DNA from: Chrysemys picta bellii
Lineage: Eukaryota
NCBI RefSeq assembly: GCF_011386835.1
Contig: NC_088815.1
Span: 10,478,001-10,542,000 of the forward strand
Direction: 5' to 3'
Length of the DNA stretch: 64,000 nucleotides
Shown one piece after another: positions 34,406-45,953 of this stretch (positions are counted from its first letter, which is position 1; each line of letters opens with the position of its first letter). The position numbers and the translations under genes are program-made. The notes beneath the pieces were generated by a model. It saw only the letters and a program-made list of their open reading frames with translations, ran no database searches and had not been told where the DNA came from.

Positions 34406-37400
34406 ATGAGACAGGCCTGCAGCCTCTTAATCCTGCTCGCTCTGCTGTCCCCCACTTCCGCCCATGCTGGTTAGTAGAGAAAGCCAGGGGGTCGGACGAC
34501 CACCTGGGGTCCATGCACCAGGTGAGGCGAGAACAGACCAATCACATCATCAGGAGCGTCTCTCTTTCAGGAGCTTCATGGAGTGAGATTGTGGGGGGGC
34601 ATGAAGCCAAGCCCCACTCCAGACCCTATATGGCCTATCTGAAGAGGACCACCTTGGATTTCTGCGGGGGATTTCTGGTGGACCCAGGCTGGGTGATGAC
34701 GGCTGCTCACTGCAGGGGGTAAGATTTTGTTTGGTATTTGTACAGCACCTGACGCAAGGGGCTCCTGATCAATGCCAGGCACTCCCACAGAACAAATAAT
34801 AAATACCTCTCTCAGGTTTAAACCTCACATGTACAGCAGATGAACCAAATAATTATGCACTGGTGGGGTAGCTGTAGTGGACCCAGGGTATTAGACAGAC
34901 AAAGTGGGGGAGGTAATATCTTTTATTGGACTGACGTCTGTTGGCGAGAGAGACAAGCTTTAGAGTCTCTTCGCCAATAAAAGATATTACCTCCCCCACC
35001 TTGTATCTAGAACCACAGAACGGATTTTTTGGTTCATTGGCCATTCCAAAAACATTGACAAAAATCATTTCGGGTCAATCTGAATGATTTTTTGAAAGAA
35101 AATTTCAGTGACTCAAAAAAAAAAAAGGAGAGGGGTGTCAAACAAAACATTTTGATGTTGAGAGGTATTTTCAGGTGTTTGCATTTTGTGATAAAAGTGA
35201 AAGAAAGCTCTAAATGTCATTTTGACCTTCCCCCCAAAATTTAAAAAAAAAAAGTGTTTTAACATTTTCGAACTGAAGAACACTGACTTTTTCAGACTTT
35301 TGTTGGCCAAAACAATTCACTGAAATGGACGCAAATTTGCAAAAATCTTTCAGTGTTGCCAAATCAACCTTGTTTGGGGGGAGTGGGGGAAGAAAACGCA
35401 AAACCAAACCAATCAGAAACCTTCTGTCCGAAACATTTTGCTCAGCTCTACTGTAGAGCATCATCCTTCAAAAGCTTGTCACCCATCTCTGCCCTCCTCT
35501 AATTCCATCACATTAGGAGCAGAGTGGACCCGGGGGGGGCGGTCCCACTTTGACTTACAGAGCTGGGAGTGGCAGGGAGATTCTCTCCGGTGGGAAATCA
35601 CCAGGCCAAGGAAGAATTAGAGGAAGAATTTGCCTTTTCATCTGGTTTTATCTGAAAACGCTTTCTAGTGCTTAACTCCAGAATTATTAAAGTATTTATA
35701 ACTATTGATTCATAGCTCCTAAGGCCAGAAGGGACCACTGTGATCATCTAGTCTGAGCTCCTGTATGGCACAGGCCCGAGAACTGCCCCCAAAATAATCC
35801 CTAGAACAGATCTGTTTGAAGTAGATGTAAAAGTTGTCTGTGAAGGAGAATCCCCCTCCCACCCCCACACTAGGTAAATTGTTCCAGTGGTTAATTACTC
35901 TCACTGTGAAAAAAATATTCCTTGTTTCCAGTCTGAATGTGTCTAGCTTCACCTTCCAGCCACTGGATTGTGTTGGTCCTTTCCCTGCTAGACTGATCAA
36001 CTCACCCCTTAACCTTCTCTGGGTCGAGCTAAATAGATGGAGCTCCTTGAGTCGATCACTCTCAGGCAGGTTTTCTAATCCTTTAATCATTCCCGTGGCT
36101 CTTCTCTGAACCCTCTCCAATTTATCAACACCCTTCTGCAATTCTGGGCACAAGAACTGAATACAGGATTCCAGCAGCGGCCGCACCAGTGCCAAATTCA
36201 GAGGTAAAATAACCCCGTGTGGCAAATTGCCGGCACTACTATGATGGGTCCCGCGCTTTCTCTTCTTGTGGGGGTGTTCAGGGCGCCATTTCTCACCCCT
36301 GATCTGGGGTATTAACTGTCCCACTAGTATCCCAGAGAAGGGGAGTGGAGAGGGAGGGACCCGGGCCCACCCCGTACTCCGGGTCCCAGCCCAGGGGCCC
36401 TAGGGATAGCAGCAAACCACTTGAACTAGCGATTCCTTCCCCTGGGCTACTTCCCTCTCCGGCCCTTCAGCTTGTGGGGCTTCCTGCCCTCTCCCTGCTT
36501 GGGCAAGGTTTCCCTCAACCCTTTGTGTCTGTGGAGGCCCTCTGCTTTGTACAAGCCGGGTTTCCCTTTACCTAGGGTCTTGGTCTTCTGGCCCCGCCAC
36601 AGCACTTCTCCAAACTCTCCTCTGCTTCCCTCCAAACCACTCCGCTTCGACTCCTTCCACTGGCTGATTGAAGCAGGGCGTTTTTATCAGGTGACTGGCT
36701 TCAGGTGCTCTAATTGGCTTAATTGGCTTCAGGTGCGCTAATTAAACAGTAGCAGCCTATCTTCCCTCTACAGGGAATAAGGCTCTCATCATCCTGGGGT
36801 TTACGTATCTCCCATCGATCACTCTCCTGCTGCCCTCCGGCCATGATGTATCACACCCTGTACTCCCTACTCGAGAATCCCCTGTTTATGCAGCCTACGG
36901 TTGGTTGCATTAGCCCTTCTGGGCACAGATTGACTGGCAGCTCGTGCTCAGGTGATTATCCGCACTCCCCAATGTAGTCTTTTTCAGAGTCCCTGCTTCC
37001 CAGAATAGTGCTCCCCCATCCTGGAAGTATGGCCGACAGTCTTTGCTCCCAGATGGACACATTTACATTTAACCATATTAAAAACCACATTGGCTGCTTG
37101 CACCCAGTTTACCAGCCAACCTAGATCGCTCTGAATCAGCCACCTGTCCCTCCTGGTCCTTTACAACTCCCGCAATTCGTGTGCCGCCTGCAAACTTTAT
37201 CGGTGATCGTTTTATGCTGGCTGGGGCCAAGAACCGATCCCTGCGGGACTCCAGTGGAAACAGACCCCACTCGATGACCCGCCTCTATTGCTGCGGACAA
37301 ACACAGCACGGTTTCATTACATCAGCAGGCCAGGGTTTTACAAATGCTAATTAACCCTCAGATGAATACCCTTAACTCTCATGTATCAGAGGGGTAGCTG

Positions 37401-40400
37401 TGTTAGTCTGAATCTGTAAAAAGCAACAGAGGGTCCTGTGGCACCTTTAAGACTAACAGAAGTATTGGGAGCATAAGCTTTCGTGGGTAAGAACCTCACT
37501 TCTTCAGATGCAAGTCTTAAAGGTGCCACAGGACCCTCTGTTGCTTCTTAACTCTCACGTTACAGCCAGGGAAACTGAGGCACAGAAGGGCTGTGTGTGT
37601 CCAAAGCCACACAGTGAATCAGCAGCAGAGTCAGGAATAGAACCCAGGAGTCCTGATGCCCAAAGTTCCCCAAACTCCCAGACACAGGCCCGATTCTCAA
37701 GTGCATTCAGGACCCACTAGTTACTCTGGCAGTGTAAGGGGAACATGTGCTCACTTTAAGGGCAATCAGCTCACAGCTGTTCATTATCTATAAATCCCTA
37801 GGCTGGGTAATAGGTTTTCTTTGCCTTACGGCTGTAGCATCTTTTCTTGGCAGCTAGCGGGTGGGTGTCAGGACCAGCTACCACATGGTTACAGAGCAGG
37901 CCAGAGTGGTTTGAGCATTGGCCTGCTAAACCCAGGGTTGTGAGCTCAATCTTTGAGGGGGCCATTTAGGGAACTTAGGTAAAAATCTGTCTGGGGATTA
38001 GTCCTGCTTTGAGCAGGGGGTTGGACTAGATGATCTCCTGAGGTCCCTTCCAACCCTGAGATTCTATGAATAAATAAAAGGAAAATCGATTGATTGCTTT
38101 CGCCAATTTCAGGAACCTGACAGTCACCTTAGGAGCTCACAATATCCACAGGCACGAGAACTCCCAGCAAACGTTTGCGGTTCAAAGCTATCACCCGCAC
38201 CCCGCCTACAAAGAACGTCCTAGAGTCAATGACATCCTTTTGCTGAAGGTAACCGATTTCTTGGGCTAATATTCACTTCCAGGTTCATACCTCTGGGCAC
38301 CATGTGAGGTTTGGCGCTTGGCCGTGGTCAGGGGTAATTTATGCCAAAGGGTAGCTAAAGACACAATGTGCAGAGCTGGCTCTGCCCTTTCCCCAGAGTT
38401 TAGATCAGGGGTGCCAGTGTAGGTCCATCATCTGGGTTCTGATGTTGGGATGGAGGGCACAGACCCCACCCTGCAGAGCATGACTTGGATGAAGATTTGT
38501 ATTGTGGTAGTACCTAGCGGCCCAAGACACGGCCCACGACCCAGTTGCACTAGGCCCAGTACAAAAACAGAACAAAAAGATAGGCCCTGCCCCAAAGAGC
38601 TTTGTCTAAACAAGAGACAGATGGACGGGGGAGTACAAGGAAACAAAGGAGACGGTATTTAATCGGTTAGCACGCTGGACACTGGTCACAGCAGCTGCCT
38701 ACTGATTGTCAAGGTTTGTGTCAGCATCATGCCAAAGGAGAGTTTGAGGAGGTGTTGGAAGGGGAACGAGGTGGCTTTGGGGATGTTTATGGGGAGCTCC
38801 TCCCACGCGAGAGGGGCAGCAGGGGAGAGAACACAAAGGGGCTTATGTGAGAGCATAACAAATGGGTGATGGAGGCTGGTCTCATGGGTGGTCGGAGGCG
38901 GGAGTCAAGCTCTTGACTGCATGAGCGAGGACAGGGCGTTGGGTGGGAACAGGCCAGGAGGGGCCTGGAAAGTAGTTGGGTTTGATGCGATGGAGAACGG
39001 AGGGGCAGCTGAGGTAGAATGGCTCCCTTAGAAACATGCAGGTGACCGAGCCTTTGTTGGGCGATATTTAAAAACATGAACACATTTCTGGATCTCCCCC
39101 ACTCCAGCTGAAGGGGAAAGCCAAACTAAACAAATACGTCCGTGTCATTGACCTGCCCAAGGCCAACAGAAATGTCGCCCCACGGAGCCAGTGCAGCACC
39201 GCTGGGTGGGGTTTTATCGACCAGGGAAAAACCACCGACAAGCTCTTTGAGACCAACGTCATCATCCGGCCACCAAAGGAATGCCGCTCTTTGAACCCCG
39301 GGATAACTAACGGCATAATCTGTGCAGCGAGCAAACAGTGGGTCAAGGACTGCAGCCAGGTCAGTAGCAGCCGCGTCTAGGGGAGGATGGCAGAGGAGGC
39401 AGGCCAGAGGGCTACCAGAGGGTGGTAGCCTAACCTTGGGAGATCTTGTTCTGTAAATTATCTGGGTTACTATCGCTAGTTTAAAAACAACATTCTGGCC
39501 AGGACAGGTGCCTGTCCCTTTGTCTTGGTTATTTTGTCTCTCCTACCAACTTCTGTTCTCCTCCTCTGTGTCTCTGTAACCTCTTCTTCCGTAGGTCCCT
39601 CTCCGTTTCTTCCTGGCCCTGCCGACGTCAGCTGAAAAGCCGCTCCAGAAACTTGTCGCCAGGCCTGTGTTGTATCCTGAGCCTGGTTCCCCCTGGACTT
39701 GACCCTCATGGGGTCACTTGCACTTGTACTGAGTGGGCCAAAGACACTCCTGTTCCTATGGGTACCCACTTTGCGCAGGTGGAAGCAAAGATGACCCCAG
39801 GGGGAATCATAGAAAAGCAGGGCTGGAAGGACCTTGAGAGATCATCTATCCAGCCCCCTGCACTGAGGCAGGACCAAGTAAATGCAGACCATTCCCAACA
39901 GGTGTTTGTCCCACCTGTTCTTAAACACCCCCAATGCTAGGGATTCCACAGCCTCCCTTTGCAATCTGTTCCAGTACTTAGCCATCCTTAGAGTGCAAAG
40001 TTTTTCCTAATATAGAATCAAAATCTCATGTGTTGCAGTAATAAGCCCATTACTTCTTGTCCTATCTTCAGTGGACTTGGAGAACAATTGATCACCATCC
40101 TCTGTATAACAACCGTCAACATATTTGTTGACTTATGTCCCCCTCCCTCCCCCCGCCCCAGTCTTCATTTCCCAAGACTAACCATGCCCAGCTGTTTCAA
40201 CCTTTCCTCATAGATCAAATTTTCTAAACCTTTTATCACTTTTGTTGCTCTCCTCTTGACTCTCCAATTTGTCCACGTCTGTCCTAACATGTGGCACCCA
40301 GAACTGGACACTGAGACCTCATCTGCCAAGTAGACCGGGACGCTTATCTCCCACGTCTTACATATAATACTCCTGTTAATATACCCCAGAATAATAGTCG

Positions 40401-41958
40401 CTTTTTTTGCAACTGCAACACATTGCTGGCTCATATTCAATTTGTGATCCACCATAAACCCCAGCTCCCTTTCAGCAGTACTGCCGCCTAGCCAGTTATT
40501 CCCCATTGTGCAGTTATGCCGTTGATTTCTACTTCCTAAGTGAAGTCCTTTGTCTTTATTACGTTGAATCGTGTTGACTTCAGACCAGTTCTCCAATTTA
40601 TCAAGATTATTTTGAATTCTAATGTTCTGCAAAGTGTTGCAAGCACTCCCAGCTTGGTGTCATCTGCAAATTTTATAAACATCCTCTCCACTCCAAGTCA
40701 TTAATGAAACTCTTGAATAGTGAAAGACCCCACTAGATACTAGTTTGTTTATAAGAACATCACGTGGGACTGTGTCAAAAGCCTTACTAAAATCAAGATC
40801 TCACCTCTACTGCTTCCCCACATCCACTAGGCCAGTAACTTCATCAAAGAAGGAAATTTGGTTGGTTTGACATGATTTCTTCTTTCCAAATTCATGGTGG
40901 CTAATACTTATAATTTAACTGCTTACAAACTAATTAATAGTTTGTTCTAGTGTCTTTCCTGGTATAGAAGTTAGGCTGACTGGTCTACAATTCCCCACGT
41001 CCTCTTTGTTCCCCTTTTTAAAGAGAGGTACTATCATAGAATATGAGGGTTGGAAGGAACCTCAGGAGGTCACCTAGTCCAACCCCCTACTCAAAGCAGG
41101 ACCCGTCTCCCAGACAGATTTTTGCCCCAGATCCCTAAATGGCCCCCTCAAGGATTGAACTCATAACCCTGGGTTTAGCAGGCCAATGCTCAAACCACTG
41201 AGCTATTGCTCTTCTCCTGTCCTCTAGGACCTCACCCACCTGCCATAAGTTTTCAATGATAATTGCTTCAACTAGTTCCTTAAGAACCCAATCGTGAATT
41301 TTGTCAGGCCCTGCCAATTTTAATACATCTAACTTATCTAAATAGTTTTTAACCCGGTCTTTCCCTTTTCTGGCTTGTGTTCCTTCCCCCTTGTTGTTAA
41401 TATTAATTGTGCTAAGTATCTGGCCACAATTAACCTTTTTAATGTAGACTGAAGTAAAGTAGTGTGGCAGAGCTCCAACCTTGTCTCAGTGGGTCCCGCA
41501 CTTCCTGGCGGATTTCGCTAGCCTCAGAGGTGATCAATTGTTCTCCAAGTCCACTGCAGATAGGTATATGATCACGTCATTGACTAGAGGTGAAATCTTG
41601 ACCCCATTTCAATCAATGGGAGCTGTACTGTTGATTTCAATGGGGCCAAATTGTCAGCTTGTGTTGCAGCGTGCACATGCTAGAGGACAGAGTTAAGGTG
41701 ATAGAGGTTATCTTAAGTTCGGCATTTCCTAGCCTTTGCAGCCGTTCCATTCTTTTTAAATGTAGTGGTTTTTTGTATGGAAAATATATAGTGAATGTTT
41801 GTGCACATCTTCCTTGTGTTTCTCAGGGGGATGACGGTGGCCCTCTAGTCTGCGAAGGGACAGCACAAGGAATCTTCTCCTATGATTTCAAAGTCCCTCC
41901 TGGCTTTTACACTCGCATTGCCTCCTACCTTCCCTGGATTGAGACAACCATGCAGTAA
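34406..41958 (+). CDS. Serine protease homolog gene C, intact 243 aa ORF but catalytic Ser195 replaced by Asp (predicted pseudoprotease). Exons 34406-34469, 34571-34718, 38113-38248, 39108-39359, 41827-41958
   Basis: [36 protein letters not shown] and NDILLLK are intact; exon 5 begins GGG GAT GAC GGT GGC (GDDGG); all introns GT-AG; AATAAA at 42143-42148. Confidence 0.9.
35706..37220 (-). mobile_element. CR1 LINE fragment in gene C intron 2, split by a solo LTR
   Basis: [12 protein letters not shown]...[18 protein letters not shown] remnant (ORF 35719-36324); CR1 sequence resumes after 36855. Confidence 0.8.
36218..36855. mobile_element. Solo LTR, 638 bp
   Basis: TGTGGC...ATCACA ends; 5-bp TSD CCCCG / CCCTG. 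Confidence 0.75.
37385..37546. mobile_element. Penelope-like insertion with terminal inversion; hammerhead motif on the minus strand (37471-37511)
   Basis: 14-bp TSD CTTAACTCTCA(T/C)GT (37371-37384, 37547-37560); minus strand GCAT-CTGAAGA-A-GTGAGG...CCCAC-GAA-AGCT-T-ATGC. Confidence 0.75.
37900..38069 (+). mobile_element. Tortoise-type Pol III SINE (tRNA-derived head plus CR1 3' tail)
   Basis: AGTGGTTTGAGCATTGGCCTGCTAAACCCAGGGTTGTGAGCTCAATC head and GGTCCCTTCCAACCCTGAGATTCTATGA tail. Confidence 0.8.
39805..41460 (-). mobile_element. CR1 LINE fragment in gene C intron 4, with a nested Pol III SINE at 41034-41205
   Basis: [12 protein letters not shown]...KLNMSQQC...AKKA-like remnant (ORF 40165-40632); SINE head and tail in reverse orientation. 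Confidence 0.8.
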
Positions 41959-42142
41959 GAAACAGGAGAGGAAGAGGCTGAACCTTCTCCTGCATCATCG
42001 GCTGCCTTTGAAAGTTGGGCGTTTCCTTGTGCTGTATTTGGTGGCTTTTTCCCCCTCCCTTTTCTGGGGTGCTGAGTGGCAAGTTAGGGCTAAGACAAGA
42101 AGTGGTCCCGATGGGGAGTCCCCCTTGTCCTCGTCACAAAAA

Positions 42143-42148
42143 AATAAA
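42143..42148 (+). terminator. Polyadenylation signal of gene C
   Basis: AATAAA about 185 nt after the stop codon. Confidence 0.55.
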
Positions 42149-43260
42149 TCCCTCTAGACGTACAAACATCTACACACAATGCTACGGCTGTAGCCTACAT
42201 CCCACTGGGAAGGTGCCTCGATGAGCCCTTGCTGATTCCATCTGTGGCATCTATATTGGGAGCGCTAAGGGAGACATGGTTGCCCGGGGCCATCAGCATT
42301 CTTAATCCCAGGGGCCTGATTCTCCCCTGTCCTGCACCTGCTCTCCAAGGTACTTTTGACCCTCATGACTATGGCATCTGAGTGCCTCTCACTCTGTGTT
42401 TATTCTCAACCCCCCGGCAGATGGGGCAGTGCTATTATCCCCATTCTACAGAAGGGGAATTGAGCACAGAGAGGTTAAAAGTCTTGCCCAAGGTCACGCA
42501 GCTGGAGCAAGGACTTGACCCCCCAGTCTCTCAAATGCTAGGCCCATGACTTTACCACTGAGCCATCCATCCTGCCTGCCATTACTTGACTACCACTTTG
42601 GGCTGGTGTCAATGACCCCACAAGGTGCAGGGCATGGGAGACAATAGGGCCTCCCCCACGTAAGCCAGCTCTGAGCAGATCTACATGACAAAGGTTAAAT
42701 GAGCGCCAGGGGCTTGTCTACACTAGTGCTCCCAGTGGAGCAGCTGCAGGGGTAGTTGCAATATATGTGGGGGGTGGGGAATATTAGCATAGAGGACCAG
42801 ACCAGTGGGTATAAGGGAGTCTAACTTCCACCATCATGCACATTTCTGAATTTGGGCCAATGCTCCCAATTCTGGCAGGAGCTTCTGTCCCTCCCCAGCG
42901 AGCCAGGATTAACGCCTGCACCCATGTGTAGCCCCTGCTCTAATCGCTGCTTCATTCCTGCCTTGTTGCTGCGTTACCGGATTGTCCCGAGCATGAAAAA
43001 TAAACTCTCCGCTGCGTTTCAGAGTCCTTCTCTGGTCCGAGTCTCATTGCCTGGGGGTTTCCGGACATTGCTCGGCGAACGTGAGACGAAGCGATTAGTT
43101 CCAGACCCGGGAATCGCTCGGAGTCTCATTCACAGCTAGAAAGTTTGGGGCTTAGTTTACACGACAAAATTTGGCCAGCAGCTGTAAATGGACTAGGAGC
43201 ATGAAAAGAATGACACCGCCAACGGGCAGCAAGGCTGGCAAAATGGTGGAGATGTAACTA

Positions 43261-43448
43261 CATCCCTACCCCATTATAACGCTGTCCTCGGGAGCCAAAA
43301 AATCTCACCGTGTTATAGGTGAAACCGCGTTGTATCGAACTTGCTTTGATCCGCCGGAGTGCACAGCCCCGCCCCCCCGGAGCGCTGCTTTACCGCGTTA
43401 TATCCGAATTCGTGTTATATCGGGTCGCGTTCTATCGGGGTAGAGGTG
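43261..43448. mobile_element. Tc1/mariner-type MITE
   Basis: TIRs CATCCCTACCCCATTATAAC / TTCTATCGGGGTAGAGGTG; TA on the left flank. Confidence 0.6.
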
Positions 43449-45677
43449 TGTGGCGACAGCCGAATGCTGCTGGCGACCCAGCTAATGTGGTTCAAAGAGG
43501 CGGGGTTACTACAGTGGCAGAAAAACTCTTCACCAGCCTACACTAGGGGAGCTCTGCCAGTTTAGCTAGACCACGTAGACAAGCCCTGGCTCAGGGAAAC
43601 CCTAATCCCCTCCCTCCTTCCCCCACAATCTGTCTCTCCTCCTGTTCCCCAAACCCCAAGCAGAACTTAAGCTTTTCGGGTCAGGGCTTCTGTTTTTATC
43701 TCCGGATCTCATTCAGCAGCGAGGACATTGGCGATGCTGAAAAACCAGGAACCTGACCTCTTCTGGCAGAAGCCAGCAGTTAGAGGTAAGAGACTGCGGC
43801 TTCCCCTAAGAACTTACGTAAGGAATGTTACAGATGTCAGAGGGCTGGTCCAATGTGAAAGGGGAAGTATGTCACACAACTGGAGAATGAACCTAGCTCA
43901 AGTGCTAGTCCAGGGCTTTCCCCGCAAGATCAGCCTTCTTCCGTGTCAGAGAGACATCCCCACAGAGTTCGGGACCACACACACGGGGTGAAACCCCTTC
44001 CCTATTAAATTCAATGGGAGTTTTCCTCTTGACGTCTGGAGCCCTGCAAATCTGTAGACATCCGCGGACCATTTTTGCAGATTGGATGCAGATAAAAATT
44101 TTGTATCTGCTCAGGGTTCTATTGATGTCAATGGAGCCAGGACGCCCTTATGTGCCTTTTCTGTCTTCAAAACACCTTTCATTGCATCAGTGATTCGGTG
44201 CCTCACTTATTACCTGACCAATGGCGACCAGCTCATCACCATGCCAGGCTGACAGTGTAGAATTCAGACCTAGGGCAGCTCTGTCCCCACCCAGTTAACC
44301 AAATATCCCTGATAAAAGAAGCCGGGGTTTCCGCACAAGCAAGTGCAAACAGACCACACCACAAAAAAACCCCGCCCAGGTTCATATGCGCCCTCGCTGA
44401 AGGTTCTTCCAAACTGGCTTCTCATTTTGGGTGCCCAGCTTAAGACACGTTGGGCCTGGTTTCAAGCAGGCTGGTCACTCAGCTCTCGGGGGAGCAGCAG
44501 CTGCCCAGCCCCAGGGGTCCCCACAGATGGCCATTCCCCAAATCCAAGAATCAAAAGTCAGTGGGGCCCTTTTTGAAAATGACTCAACATCACTGGCACT
44601 TTTAACTCCAAGTCGGAAAAGCAATGGAAAGGCATTTTTCAGCTGTCCCTGTTATTCCAATATATGGTCTCCCAGGTGTCCCCATTAAAGGGACTGGAAA
44701 AATCTAGTAAGCACATGCCATGAAACCAATTCCTGATTGCCTGTGTAAGTGGTGCAAGGCTGTAGTTAAGTTCCAAAACTAGAGGGGGAGACATACGTCC
44801 AGGGATCAAACCCTCTGATCCCAAGTTATATTAGCATCTGGGAACTTTGATTGGGAATCCCCAGCTCTTATCTAGCACTTTACAACAGAAGATTTGAAAG
44901 CACTTTACAAAGGAGGGATGCACAATTATCCCCATTGTACAGACGGGGAAACTGAGGCATGGGGCGGTGCCGTAACTTGCCCAGGTTCACCCAGAAGGCC
45001 AGAAGCAGAACCAGGAACAGAACTCTGGTTTCTTGAATCCCAGTTCACGGCCTCTTTTCAATCACAGATCACTTCACGGCACAGTCGGGGCGCTAAGAAA
45101 CAACCAGAATAAATTTATCTCAACATGATCCACCAACGAGCTGATTCATAGATTTTTAAGACCAGAACAACCTATAAGAAGATCATTTAGTCTAACCTCC
45201 TGCGTACCCCTCCCCATCATAGAGTTTCACCCAGTTACCCCTGTATTGAGCCAGACGTGTGTTGGACTAAAGAATATCTTTCAGGAAGGCATCCAGTCTT
45301 GATCTGCAGACATCCAGGGATGGAGAACCCACCACTTCCCTGGGGAGTTTGGTCCGATGGTTAAATGCCCTCACCGTTAGAGTTACGCCACCACATTTTT
45401 AACTACAATCATCAATTGTCATTTATAAAAGCACCTACACTCCAGCAAGACATTAAACCCAACTGCTCTTCTGCGGGAGGGAAGTATCATATGTCCCCAT
45501 CATTTTGCAAATGGGGAAACTGAGGCCCAGACTGGCAACATGACTTGCCCACGGTCACATAGCAAGTCAGTGGCAGAGTCTGGAATAGAACCCAGGAGTC
45601 CTGCTCCAGAGAGGCATAAACAGTTTGTACCAGAATATATGCAAAGGAATTAAAACATCAGATAAGGTCAGCTTCTC

Positions 45678-45683
45678 TTTATT
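45678..45683 (-). terminator. Candidate GNA15 polyadenylation signal
   Basis: AATAAA on the minus strand, about 1.5 kb after the stop, with a U-rich element downstream. Confidence 0.4.
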
Positions 45684-45730
45684 TCACATTTCAGCAGAAA
45701 GCCCGTATCAATGCAAACGTATGAACTAGA

Positions 45731-45953
45731 CAGAGGTTCTCAAACTGGGGGTTGTGTCCCCTCCAGGGGTCGCGAGGTTATTACGTGGCGGGGTCGCGAG
45801 CTGTCGGCCTCCATCCCCAAACCACGCTTTGCCTCTAGCATTTATAATAGTGTTTAATATAAAAAAATGTGGTTTGAATTTATAAGGGGGGGGTCACACT
45901 CAGCGGCTTGCTGTCTGAAAGAGGTCACCCATACAAACGTTTGAGAACCGCTG
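45731..45953. mobile_element. hAT MITE in the putative GNA15 3' UTR
   Basis: TIRs CAGAGGTTCTCAAAC / GTTTGAGAACCGCTG; flanking direct repeat AACTAGA. Confidence 0.8.

Noticed and set aside
41833-41835. Ser195Asp as a sequencing error or simple decay
   Set aside because: It needs two substitutions from TCC, coincides with other pocket changes, and no disabling lesions exist elsewhere. Read-level confirmation is still needed.
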